A DNA stretch of 63,421 nucleotides, the filler included, from Octopus bimaculoides (lineage: Eukaryota), in assembly GCF_001194135.2 (NCBI RefSeq). It is 6 parts of 6 records of this genome, joined end to end, with 100 filler letters (N's around TTAATTAATTAA, not from the genome) between each part and the next. Parts side by side here need not be neighbours in the genome. Positions count along the whole stretch, not along the records: positions 26,559 to 42,496 come from NC_068982.1; positions 42,597 to 57,398 come from NC_068999.1; 4 more parts are not named here. One strand, written 5' to 3'. The translations under genes were made by a program, and so were the position numbers. Shown here piece after piece: positions 40,470-52,664 of this stretch; position 1 is the stretch's first letter, and the number at the start of each line of letters is the position of its first letter. The notes under the pieces were generated by a model. It saw only the letters and a program-made list of their open reading frames with translations. It ran no database searches and was not told the origin of the DNA.

Positions 40470-41480
40470 AAAAAATCCGGGTTAGCGAGGACGAATTATC
40501 TTCCGTAGACCAGTTCATGTGGGTCAAAAAGGGGAACGGGGAAACTCCACCTCTATGTTGCTTTTACCTCGTAAAGACCTTTGCAGATCTAATCGATGAA
40601 TTGGGAATACCATTCTTGCAGCAGATAACATTTGAAATGGATGCAGGGGTTGCAAATTTTTTGCCGTGTATTCAATAATCAAGGTTCCAGGGAGTCTTTG
40701 AGGATCCTTGCTCGCACAGCTAAGCAAAGCTTACAGCGTCCGCTCCCGTTAATATAGGATTCCAGCGGCTCCATGATCCTCCATTTGATATTGCATGGGG
40801 TCCCTTCATCTTTGAGGCGCCACACGTGGTCTGCCAGGGATGTGACGAATCGTCTTTCCGGAATCCTGAAAGAGGACCTGTGGTTGTACAGGCGCTACTT
40901 GAAGGCAGTCCCGGCTGACTCAGTATATTTCCAGGCTTGAGTGTTGGTTGTGTTCACATTTCTGGTGCATCTTCGGCTGGCTCCGGGTCTAGAGATATTG
41001 TTGCTTGGTTTGGGTATCACCACAGCCTCATAAATGACTCCCTCAGCCTCGCATTGCTCCTCCTCCCACCACTGGGCAGTCATTGTACTACCTACATGAG
41101 CAACCGACCTCCTCCCGCGTTTTATGGATGTTTTCATGTTGGGTACGCAACTAAAGGAGACCCTTAGGTTGTGTCTATTGAATAAACGTCCGTACCTGTG
41201 TCTCTGCATGAAATGTTTCTCTAATAACCTGAGGAATAGTCTTCCCATTCAAGCCTTGAAGTTGAGTGAAACGGTAGGGGTAAATCAAATGACGCTCCGG
41301 CTTCCTTTTGAGGGTGCTAGGGCCCGGCACTTAGAAGATGCGATCCTTAAACCCACTGGACGCCAGTACCGCATTGTAATAGGGGGGCTGCGGCGTCGAA
41401 AATTTCTTGATTTGTTCGATATCCCCCTTATGCGTAAGATATGGCATAATTATAAACGGCAAATTTTAGCCATTTCTCCG
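40470..41480 (-). mobile_element. Penelope-like element 3' half (RT thumb, linker, GIY-YIG)
   Basis: FDAAAPYYNAVLASSGF, GRLFLRLLEKHF..FNRHNLRVSFSCVPNM, GVIYEA, FK*RLYNHRSSF, HVWRLK..IKWRI..CKLCL. Confidence 0.9.
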
Positions 41481-41502
41481 CAGACTGAAAAAATGATAAA
41501 CA

Positions 41503-41545
41503 ACCTTAATCGATTTTCGAATCTTATTAGGTTCTCATCAGAGGC
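41503..41545 (-). ncRNA. Minimal type-I hammerhead ribozyme motif at the 5' junction of the PLE fragment
   Basis: GCCT CTGATGA GAACCT-AATA-AGATTC GAAA ATCGAT TA AGGT: intact cores, palindromic stem III, UUA cleavage triplet. Confidence 0.75.
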
Positions 41546-41710
41546 GTCCACATCATTCTGACAGTCTCATATATATATANNNNNNNNNNNNNNNNNNNNN
41601 NNNNNNNNNNNNNNNNNNNNNNNNNNNNNNNNNNNNNNNNNNNNNNNNNNNNNNNNNNNNNNNNNNNNNNNNNNNNNNNNNNNNNNNNATATGTATCTAT
41701 GTATGTGTAT

Positions 41711-41747
<37 letters not shown>

Positions 41748-41978
41748 CATATATACATATATATATATTATATGTATTTACTTTCTCTTAGTTAGTTAAC
41801 AATTAACTCTGACAAAATAAATTGGTTAATAGTTACCAGGGTAGCAAAGTTCACAAAATAACTTTGCTGTAACTCCTGTTTATGAGGTAGAAACTCCCTG
41901 TTAATTTGAGGTATTTTGAATAAATATATAGAAGATTAAACAAATGGAGTTATACGCATGTGTTAAATGATTTTTTAA

Positions 41979-42066
41979 ATTTCCAACATGTTTCGAAGAT
42001 TACAATTGGTTCATTCCAAAGGAATGAATGATGTTGAGAAAGATGTAATCTTCTCTTCAGGGAAAT
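41979..42066 (-). ncRNA. Type-I hammerhead ribozyme motif with an expanded, branched stem II
   Basis: ATTTCC CTGAAGA G-AAGATTAC [41 nt] GTAATCTT-C GAAA CATG TT GGAAAT: perfect 6-bp stem I, 9-bp stem II, GUU triplet. Confidence 0.8.
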
Positions 42067-42224
42067 ACATAAAAATCAACTCAACCGTTAGACACTATTA
42101 CCGAATGTGACAACCGCTTGTGTTTCTGCTAGGGCCACTATCGCTTCTGCTGCTGTTATTGCCGTTATAGCTGGCGGTGTACTGGACCTGCATCTGCTGC
42201 TATAGGGGTTGTCAGGTTTGCTAC

Positions 42225-42489
42225 TGTTATGTTTCCCTCGGGTGACTCGCAGAGATAACACAACGAGTTATACAATTTAATTATTACATTTATTGTTCAA
42301 TTACATACAAAGAACGCACTCACCCAATGTTCGTTATGAATAAACAAAAGTCATGTCCGCCATATATATATCAATGACATTTTACTACGACAGTCCCACA
42401 AGACAACAACAATGAAACAATGAACTCAGACAAACCACAGTGACACACGGAACGTCAGACGAATTACATATCTAACAGTCCATATAACA
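42225..42489. mobile_element. Solo LTR (265 bp) with a 5-bp TSD
   Basis: TGTTAT...ATAACA inverted termini; GCTAC duplicated at 42220-42224 and 42490-42494; AATAAA at 42339-42344. Confidence 0.9.
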
Positions 42490-42962
42490 GCTACTANNNN
42501 NNNNNNNNNNNNNNNNNNNNNNNNNNNNNNNNNNNNNNNNTTAATTAATTAANNNNNNNNNNNNNNNNNNNNNNNNNNNNNNNNNNNNNNNNNNNNATAT
42601 ATATATTTGTATGTATGTATGTATGTACGTATGTATGTATGTATCTATCTATCTATCTTTACATTCACAGAATCTGCTTAGTTTCAGCAGATAGGAAATT
42701 TCAGCAGATAGTAGGCACATAAACTGGAAATGCGTGAAGCAATAATCTTAACTAGATTATCGAACTGCATTTTGGACGTTGTCGAGTAATTCGTTAGCAT
42801 TTCCGAAGAAAGAAAATCGGAGAAATTGGAGTGAGGTGTATCATCGGGAAAGTTTACAATCTTGAAATTAAAATCGAGAATTATTTTATATCCTTCAATA
42901 TTTTAAGAAACTCCGCAGCCATTTTAATAATCTCTGTTCGTTAGCGGTTGGTTTTATGTAAA

Positions 42963-43268
42963 TTACTCGGAGAATGCGTAGAAATTCGCAATGTCGGTAG
43001 CAAGGGCGATATAAATTTTAACCAAATACATTGAGCACGTACAAATATCAAGTAGTAGTTTTTTTTTTATACGGACGATCTTAACGTCGCATAAAGTTGA
43101 TTTAGTTTCGTATAAAATAGTCGTATTTCCTGAAGCTCTATTGGGCAAGAAGAATTTTGCAAAATTGAGTACATCTTTATAGAGGAATTCAGGAACGGAC
43201 AGGTAGTAATCTTTGATGGCAAATGAAGTGAAGCCATATTTTACTTTGACAGGAGAGATTCTGGTCAA
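42963..43268 (-). mobile_element. Penelope-like RT core fragment
   Basis: FTSFAIKDYYLSVPEFLYKDVLNFAK resembles the PLE consensus F..FDI.DFYPSI.E.L...AL.FAK. Confidence 0.65.
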
Positions 43269-43710
43269 CGAATTACAGAATTTTATTTCTCATTCCCCTT
43301 GAAGATTGGAAAGATCAAAGTGTATGCTAAAGTTATACACTTTGAATATAAATAGATACATACACACGCTCATATACATGCACGCATATATATANNNNNN
43401 NNNNNNNNNNNNNNNNNNNNNNNNNNNNNNNNNNNNNNNNNNNNNNNNNNNNNNNNNNNNNNNNNNNNNNNNNNNNNNNNNNNNNNNNNNNNNNNNNNNN
43501 NNNNNNNNNNNNNNNNNNNNNNNNNNNNNNNNNNNNNNNNNNNNNNNNNNNNNNNNNNNNNNNNNNNNNNNNNNNNNNNNNNNNNNNNNNNNNNNNNNNN
43601 NNNNNNNNNNNNNNNNNNNNNNNNNNNNNNNNNNNNNNNNNNNNNNNNNNNNNNNNNNNNNNNNNNNNNNNNNNNNNNNNNNNNNNNNNNNNNNNNNNNN
43701 NNNNNNNNNN

Positions 43711-43749
<39 letters not shown>

Positions 43750-45649
43750 GTACAAACACCTATACACACGCACAGACTCAAACACACACACATGCACACA
43801 CATGCACACACATGCACACAGACACATTCACATATGTATGTGTATGCGTGTACGGTTGTGTAGCCTAGTAAACAAGCGAAATGTTATATCGGTATGGTGA
43901 AGGATCATTTTAAAGGATGATATTTCAATCACAAGTTTTCTTTCAGAAGCATGAGACTCATAACAAATCGTGCTATGATAATTCGATATTGAAAGGATGC
44001 CGTGTTGCGTGTGATATGAAATGAAACACACTTGAAAGTTGTAAATCGTTCTGAAATATAACTAAAAATTTACGAATCATGAAATTCAGAATATGACCTC
44101 ATTCTTAAGAACCTTCAGGAATCTTTTGGATATTTGAATTTCATATGACAGGTTTTCATTTGCAATGGAAAAATTGGGAAATTCGTTTTAAATAATCGGA
44201 GTTACAATAAATTAGATAATATATTAACATATCAACATTAATACATTAACATATATTTACATGTAAATTAGCGAATACATTAACATGTAAACGTCAACAT
44301 GTAAACGTTCATGTTTATGTTCACATTCTTTTATTCTTTTATTCTTCATTTGACTGCATGACCTTCCTATCCTTTTTTGTTTTGGACGCGGTGTCCACTC
44401 TGTCATTTCGCCATTCCGTCTAATGTCCTTTCTTCTAAGCATATGTTCCGCGGAAGTCCATTTCAGAGTTTTTTTTATTTTCCAGATAATATTTGTTCGG
44501 ACTGTCGCCAGTCTTATCCTCTTGTTTCTCCGCGTCTAGACATTGTAGAAATCTTGAAAGATTTCCAGAAACTAAATAACAAACCTGGTTAAAATTAGTA
44601 TGGAGTGACGGAAAAGAATGTGATACAGAACAACAGAATATCAGTGATTTGTTGGAGATGGTAATTGTCGATACTGCCCTTTAGATTTCTACGTCACAAG
44701 AAATTCCGTTAGGTTCTGATGTTTGCTATGGCCATGAGATAGATACTAAATCTATTATCACTACAACAGTACGATCGATTCTCCCAAGTTATTCAAATTA
44801 GATTTAGAACTGTGCAAATATAAAACAAAGCAAAGACAGAAAGGCCAAGAAGAGACAGAAATGTCAAATAGGTCAAAACTGATTGACATGTAAAATTTGT
44901 ATGTTTACATCGATTTAAAATTTTTTTTCTCAAATCAATCTGCTCCCGCTAGACATTTGGTAATAGTATATAAATTATCGTAACGCTATTATCATTTGGA
45001 GTCACAGAAATCGATGCCATGCATATTTGATGTTCCTTGGCAAGCTGTCGCTGTTTGTATTATAGGAAAGTAAGTTTTAAGACAGATGAAACTTCCTGTA
45101 CAAAGAGCAGAACTTCATCTTATAAAAGTTTTAACTAGGTAACCATATATATAAATACAACAGCTTCACAGTTACGTTTCGCAGCAATGGTTTTTATCTC
45201 TGTCTTTCGTTAGAGTGAATGCGACCAAGAAAAACCCAACTAAATACAAACATTTAAGCAAAACAAAAAAGAAAAAAAGAGAAAAGACTAAAATAAGAAT
45301 TTCCTTATTTATCATATCTTTTCACGTGACACTATCTCACGTGCATCTTAGGATCGGAAGTGCCCATCCCTCTCTAGGTTTGAAGAGTCAATTTTTTCCC
45401 GGTAAAAAGTTATGAGGAAAATACTCGACACCATTAATAAAATGGTACTTTGTCTATCGACTGCTCAAAAAGAAGTAAATTTGGTCTCGGCGGTATTTAA
45501 ACTCAAAGCCTAGAGATCTCCAAAGAATTATAAAGAATTATAAAGGGTATCATAAATCTGAGCTGAAGTTAAATTCAGAACGTCGTAAGATAGAAATTTA
45601 TGACAATATCTTCTGATCCTGCATCACATCAAAACAGTAAATTTATTAG

Positions 45650-45746
45650 ATAAGGTACATGAACTCATAGTCTGGATATAGAAGCTGGAGGTATCGAAGC
45701 AGTTGTCCACAGATATCCTCTTTTTCTTTGATTTTCCAAGAGATAT
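45650..45746 (-). mobile_element. Short R4/Dong-type RLE fragment next to (CATA)n
   Basis: KIKEKEDICGQLLRYLQLLYPDYEF, the type of segment that follows the RLE PD..E motif in such elements. Confidence 0.65.
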
Positions 45747-45881
45747 ATGTATGTATGCATGCATGTATGTATGTATCTATGTATGTATGCATGTATGTAT
45801 GTATGTATGTATGTATGTGTGTGTATGTCTGTATGTATGCATGCATGTATACATATATGTATGTATCTATGTATGTATCTT

Positions 45882-45931
<50 letters not shown>

Positions 45932-46606
45932 AATCACTGTTTTATATCGATCTCGAACTCGATAGACAAGTATCCTAGATGAATCATAAATAATATCCAT
46001 TTCAATTACCTGTACCGAATCATTTCAGAAAGTACTTAAATGAAATTTTTCCTTACATCTATTTTATAACTAATTTTATTTTTGAAAAGTTTGCCATGAA
46101 TGAAGAACAAAAAATCACACAGCATTCAATATTAGATTCACAGAAAATATTTTATACACAAACATTGTCAACATATCCTGTTTGCGTGATTATTTGTAAA
46201 TAAAGTATATAGTAATAAAAACAGTTACATATGTATTTAGATTTATTAGAATTTATTTTAATTCAATTTCGCTTTATATTCCTTTACTTAATTATTTCTT
46301 GAATATGAAATATATATTCCAACGAAATAACATATCCCTTATTCTGGGTGTAAAGCAGTGGGCCATGCTCTAGTGTTTTTTTTTATATATATATAAATAT
46401 ATATGATTGGAACGATGCAAAATAGTTCCTGATATTACATCGATAGATGATCAACAAAATTAGAAACAGGCAGGTTTCACAAGGCTACAAACATGAAGTC
46501 AATAAATAGTGTTTGGCTATTTTGATATCTAAACGTGAAGCGGGAAGCGACAGAGAAAGAGAAAGAGATGAAAGTGAGAAAAAGACAGAAACAAAAAGAA
46601 AGTGAA

Positions 46607-46642
<36 letters not shown>

Positions 46643-47373
46643 TGGAGAGAGAAAGGGAGGGAATAATTGATTTCATTCATCGCTATTTTCTCTAATGAAC
46701 TGATGAGATGTGGAAAGTGAGGCGGAGTTGCTGATAATAGAGTGAGAGGTCGTTTCCTCGAAAATGGATGAGATGAAAGAGTTGAGTCTCGGGTAGCAAT
46801 AGTGCAAACTGCTTGGAAGTTGAATTTCAAGAAAAAAATATTAATAACACCAGTAAGGCGTGGAATTCAGCGATGACTGTAGTAGGTAGACAAGAAGGAC
46901 TCTAGTAATTATACACTCAACATTTATATTCCATGTCTACTTTTAATAAAAGTTGTTCCTCGTTTTCGAAATATTTCTAACTCTTATGGATAATAATTAT
47001 GGTAATAATGAGATTTGAAAACTATAATTATGGATATTGGCAAAAGATTATATACAGAATAGAAAATTCAACAGAAGAAAAAAATAGCTATTGTTTAGAG
47101 CTAAGAGTGAAATGTTTGCGCTTATCACGGTGACATTATGGGTTAAATCTGAAACAAACATATCCTGCAATTGGTGCTATGTCAATCAAAACAAAACATT
47201 AAACAAATACAAATATATATATATAATTTACTCAGTTACAAGGAAAATATTAAGAAAAACAGTGTTTTCGAAATTAGCATTCGGAAAATGTAAATCAGAC
47301 TATAGAAGAAATTAAACAAAGAATTAAAAAATACAGTGAGAGAATTAATATATACATACATACATATATATAC

Positions 47374-47427
<54 letters not shown>

Positions 47428-48552
47428 ACATACATATATGTACACATATATATGTGTGTGTGTGTTTGTGTTTACGGTAGATAAAACAGAGCAAACAAGA
47501 CAGAATGTTTATAAAAAGTAAAAGACGAATTATATCAACAAATAGAATCCGCCACATAAAAACATGAACGCGAAGTAAATAAATCAAGCGAATACAAGTC
47601 AGACATTTTAGAATAACAAAGCTTGATATAATAAGTGTTGCTGTCAAGATTCAGTAATTAGGAGAGAATTTCGAAATGCAACAAATCACGATAATCGATG
47701 TTTAATTAACTAAAATGGAACTAAGAAAGCACAAATAATTATTGTTTTTGGTACAGATAAATTTCTCTGTTTTGGACGTTTTGTGTAAGGGATTCACGCT
47801 GGACACAATATCTGTCTTGCTCTATTTATTCTTCTTCTTAACATTTTAACTGAATCTAGAACGCATAGGGTTCCAACAAAAGCTATCTATCTGTCTCGAT
47901 CTTTGGCAATGGATTGCGATGGTGCAGGTGATGTTGGCTTTTATCTCGGGTGTGGTGTCTGTGTTTGTTGCTGATGTTGTTGAATAAATCTGCTGCATCT
48001 TCTGCTGATACTGTCGTTATGGATGCTGCTGCTCTTGGCACTGAAGCTGTTGGTGTTGCTGTTCCTGGTGCTGCTGTTGCTTTTGATGTTGTTGTTATTG
48101 TTACATTAGAGATGTCTGCAGTAGCAGGGTTTTATTCTTCTTTGCATAGGGGAAAAAGCCTTTAAATAGTTTGTCTCGCCACAAATGTGATGTCTCGACT
48201 GATACAAACAGCTACGTGTCACTTGGGAAGTTGATCGGCGTGTATCCATAAATCCATGCCCGCACCTGAACAATTCTCCTTTGTTATTTTGTGTACTTGC
48301 GGAACCCTGTTCTCTGTGCCGCATAATAGGTCTCCTCTCAGCAAAGATATGTTCCACTTCTCGTAGCAACTTCGGTAACTTTACTTTGTTCACCTTCCGA
48401 CCTCGACATGTCGGGATTAACTGAAGGTTGTTGTCGCATCTTGTTTGGCTAATTCTTCAGTTGGCAAACCCAACTGTACCAAAATATCTCCACGAGTGAC
48501 AAAACTTTTAACCCCAGTCTAGTCTTAAGCATTCTTCGATTTGAGCCTCGAG

Positions 48553-48838
48553 AGATAGAACAGGTTAGCTTGGGAAGTTAAGCAGTTGTGGTCGATGAAA
48601 AAGGTAGCAGTAGTACCAATAATTGTCGGAGACCAGGGAACAGTGTGCGAAAATCTCAAGAAGTTCGTGGAACAAATAAGGGCTGCAATAAGGGTGCAGC
48701 ACTTGCAGAAAACAACACTGCTTGGAACCGATCGAATACTCCGGAGGGTGCACGAAAAATAAGGAGTGTTACCTTAGTTCACTGGTAGTGAACAGCTGGC
48801 AACGTAGTACATCTTCAGCCTTAGAAGATGTGCAAAGA
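48553..48838 (+). mobile_element. 3' end of a Dong/R4-type LINE ending in (AAT)n
   Basis: RLAWEVKQLW..VVPIIVG..LQKTTLLGTDRILRRVHEK* (stop 48760-48762), a short 3' UTR, then (AAT)n at about 48840-48899. Confidence 0.85.
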
Positions 48839-48839
48839 C

Positions 48840-48900
<61 letters not shown>

Positions 48901-48916
48901 TGTCTGTATAACTTAC

Positions 48917-49210
48917 CTTGACTGGTACACAAATTAGAACAAGCAACAAATCAGCACAAGCGAGGCTCAGTAAGAAGATGTTTGTAATGCTTCGCATTCC
49001 TTTGTGTTTAACGATACAGAATATCACCAAGGAGTTTCCCACCATCCCTAGCAAGAGAGTGAAGAGGTAAACGGTGCCGACGGGATAGACATCGACTGGA
49101 ATATCATAGGTGTGTGTCATGTTGGGTCCATCTTCGTAAATGCAGTTGATGTAATCCTGGAAATTCGTCTCGGGGTCAAAGTTCTCCACACAATCTGTCT
49201 CATCATTCAT
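48917..49210 (-). CDS. First coding exon (98 codons) of a class A rhodopsin-like peptide GPCR: N-terminus, TM1, TM2
   Basis: TM1 ...LLLGMVGNSLVI (GN motif), MRSITNIFLLSLACADLLLVLICVPVK (TN, LAxxD); N-glycosylation sequon NMT; phase-0 donor AAG|GTAAGT at 48916; no stops. Confidence 0.92.
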
Positions 49211-49272
49211 GCCTGGACGGTAGACAGGCGCTCTTCCTGGATTTTGCTTTTCAGGCGTTGTACTGGGTACCT
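49211..49272 (-). promoter_or_regulatory. Probable 5' UTR part of the exon and splice acceptor (TTAACAG|G at 49271-49272)
   Basis: CTTCTATATATTAACAG lies 60 nt upstream of the ATG, suggesting an upstream non-coding exon (inference). Confidence 0.4.
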
Positions 49273-49484
49273 GTTAATATATAGAAGCATCCTTAGAAAC
49301 ACAGTCTTAAGTTTGGTATGTTAATTATCTTTTATATTATCATGCGAAATATAAAACAAAGATTAACTGAAGTGGTGTGGAATAGGTGTGCCATAAATCA
49401 TACTGTGAACTTTGCGAAGGTGTATAACGTCGAAGTTTCGATTTGTAATTCCACGCTTTTCACTCGATACCACTCCCCGTATGA

Positions 49485-49540
<56 letters not shown>

Positions 49541-50106
49541 TATACTCACCAAATAGTCAAATATAATTTTTTTTCTACTCTAGGCACAAAGTCCAAAATT
49601 TTTGGGGAGGTGGGACCAGTCGATTAGAACGAACCAGTACGAAACTGGTACTTAATTTACAAACGGATGAAAGGCAAAGTCGACCTCGGTGGAATTTGAA
49701 CTGAGAACGTAAAGACATACAAAATACCGCGAAGCATTTCGCCCGGTGTGCTAACGTTTCTGCCAGCTAGGCGCATTAGAGGGAAATATAATTAACGCTA
49801 CAAAGTATTAACCAACTCAATAACACAACGAGCAAAATGTTGAGCTCCTTAAACACACACACAGACACACACGTGTGCGCACACACACACAAACACACAC
49901 ACACAGAGGCATATACAGACACACAGAGACACCCACCACATACATACGCACGCACACATCGTAGAAAAATGGATTGCCGAAGGTGCAGCGCAGCTGCATG
50001 GAGCCATAGATATAAAAGTAAAGCGTATACATAATCGCAAATCGAGAATCTCCCGCAGTGTCCAAGAATATATCAGCATAGATACATACCTGTATATATG
50101 AGCGTA

Positions 50107-50159
<53 letters not shown>

Positions 50160-50188
50160 GTGTGTAAGTGTGTGTATGTGTGTGCATT

Positions 50189-50219
<31 letters not shown>

Positions 50220-51086
50220 ATATTTTATGTATTTTTGAGTATACTGTGCATATGTACATACACACACTATCTCAGACATACTGACATATGTAAATATAAA
50301 ATATAGAAACCGTTCGAAAATGGTAAAATATATAAAAGAGGAAGAAACGTCGAATGAAATAATGTTATATTCACCTTTTGTAAGTAAATTATAAGTGAGG
50401 CATTTATCATAGCCTAGAGCTAATCGTGAAAACATCCTCTTCTTGGCTAATATATATTTTCTCCTTTTCTGATCTTATCTAAAACATCAAGCTGTGTGTT
50501 TCATCTGTAGTAAAGCCATCTTCTGTCTTATATTACAGACTGTTTCACTCTAGGTTACCTTTATATTTTTCTTACACAACATACCAGGTTGATCAAAAGT
50601 AAAAGAAAAACGCGTTCTATGAAAAAAGAACGACATTAGCAAAACAAAATGAAATATTCTAATGTGAAGAAACACCGACAATATAGGAAAGACGAAAATC
50701 TAGATTCTGTGAATGGCTGTCAAGTCTCGTACCATCTTGATTTATTTGGTACTTCTGAGTGGTTACCAAGAAGAGTTATTGTGAATTTGGAAAATAAAAT
50801 TCCTTCACTACTATCACTTTAAATACTTTTTTTTGCGTCAAATCAGTTCTATTCATACTATGTCGCATTTCAATACACACATACACAGACACACAGAGGG
50901 ATATATGTTTTCGTACAAACACACACACACACACACGCATGCACACACACACATACACACATATATATATATATACATATATGTGTATGTAGACATTTAT
51001 TTATATATATTTTTTATATGTTTATGTGCATTTATATATACGTAAATATACATATACACACACATATATATGCGTGTATATGTTTA

Positions 51087-51226
<140 letters not shown>

Positions 51227-52491
51227 ATATGTATGTATTTTATTTTATTCCTGTTCTGTGTGTGACTGGTAGATATATACATAGATATATATATCTAACA
51301 GTCACACACTGAACAGGATTAAAATTTCAGGCAAAGAAGAAACAAATAAACAAAAATATACTGATTGAAAAGGGTAGAAATATGAAGCAAAAAAACGAAA
51401 ACCCCAAAGATAGTGGAGAGTAGAATGAAGTTTGATGTACTAAAGGAAGAAAGAGAAGGGAATCTGACGTTTCTTGTGACTCCTTTTTATAACACAGAAG
51501 CAAAGGTTAACAAGATTGAGTGACAGAAGAAAAAGAAAAGTGGGACTTACGAAATATGAACAGACACACATACATCCATATGTATATGCATACATACATA
51601 CATACATACATACATACATACATACATACATACATACATACATACATACATACANNNNNNNNNNNNNNNNNNNNNNNNNNNNNNNNNNNNNNNNNNNNNN
51701 NNNNNNNNNNNNNNNNNNNNNNNNNNNNNNNNNNNNNNNNNNNNNNNNNNNNNNNNNNNNNNNNNNNNNNNNNNNNNNNNNNNNNNNNNNNNNNNNNNNN
51801 NNNNNNNNNNNNNNNNNNNNNNNNNNNNNNNNNNNNNNNNNNNNNNNNNNNNNNNNNNNNNNNNNNNNNNNNNNNNNNNNNNNNNNNNNNNNNNNNNNNN
51901 NNNNNNNNNNNNNNNNNNNNNNNNNNNNNNNNNNNNNNNNNNNNNNNNNNNNNNNNNNNNNNNNNNNNNNNNNNNNNNNNNNNNNNNNNNNNNNNNNNNN
52001 NNNNNNNNNNNNNNNNNNNNNNNNNNNNNNNNNNNNNNNNNNNNNNNNNNNNNNNNNNNNNNNNNNNNNNNNNNNNNNNNNNNNNNNNNNNNNNNNNNNN
52101 NNNNNNNNNNNNNNNNNNNNNGTGTGTGTGTGTGCGTGTGTGTGTGTGTGTGCGTGTGTGTGTTTATGGTTAGTTTACATTCTTTCGGAAGGACCGGTTA
52201 CACAGATGTTCTGGTTAATATATATTCTGCACAGGATGGGACGCCGATCCATTGCAAGAATGCTCATTTTTCGTCAGCTGAGTGAACTAGAGCAACGTAA
52301 AATGAAGTGTTTTGCTCAAGAACACAACGCATCGTTCGGTTCAGGAATCGAAACCAGAATCTGATGGTCATGTGTCTGACATACTGACCACTAAGCCACC
52401 CCTCTCCACGCATACGCACACCCCTCACATATATATATATATATATATATGCATGCGTGTGTGCGTATAGGTGAAAATTGCAAGCCGTGTA

Positions 52492-52664
52492 GCGAATCCC
52501 TAGCATCTCCTTGCGATGGGCCAGTAGACCAGTCCTGGTTTCGAGCTATTTCTGCCACGCAACAGTACTGGACACCTCGTCTGCTAGAGTACTGAAGAAT
52601 GCAGTAATTACCCGAGACCAGGACTGGTCTACTGGCCCGGTCGCTAGGAGACGGAGGGATTCGC
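52492..52664. repeat. GC-rich fold-back made of two divergent hammerhead-like units
   Basis: About 53-bp arms sharing GGGCCAGTAGACCAGTCCTGGT; left unit 52521-52571 (minus), right unit 52586-52635 (plus). Confidence 0.85.

Noticed and set aside
46701-46725. CTGATGAGATGTGGAAAG
   Set aside because: No stem II, stem III or stem I pairing.
48106-48393. 95-aa minus-strand ORF downstream of the GPCR exon
   Set aside because: No TM3 or other receptor motifs and no recognisable domain; probably TE debris.
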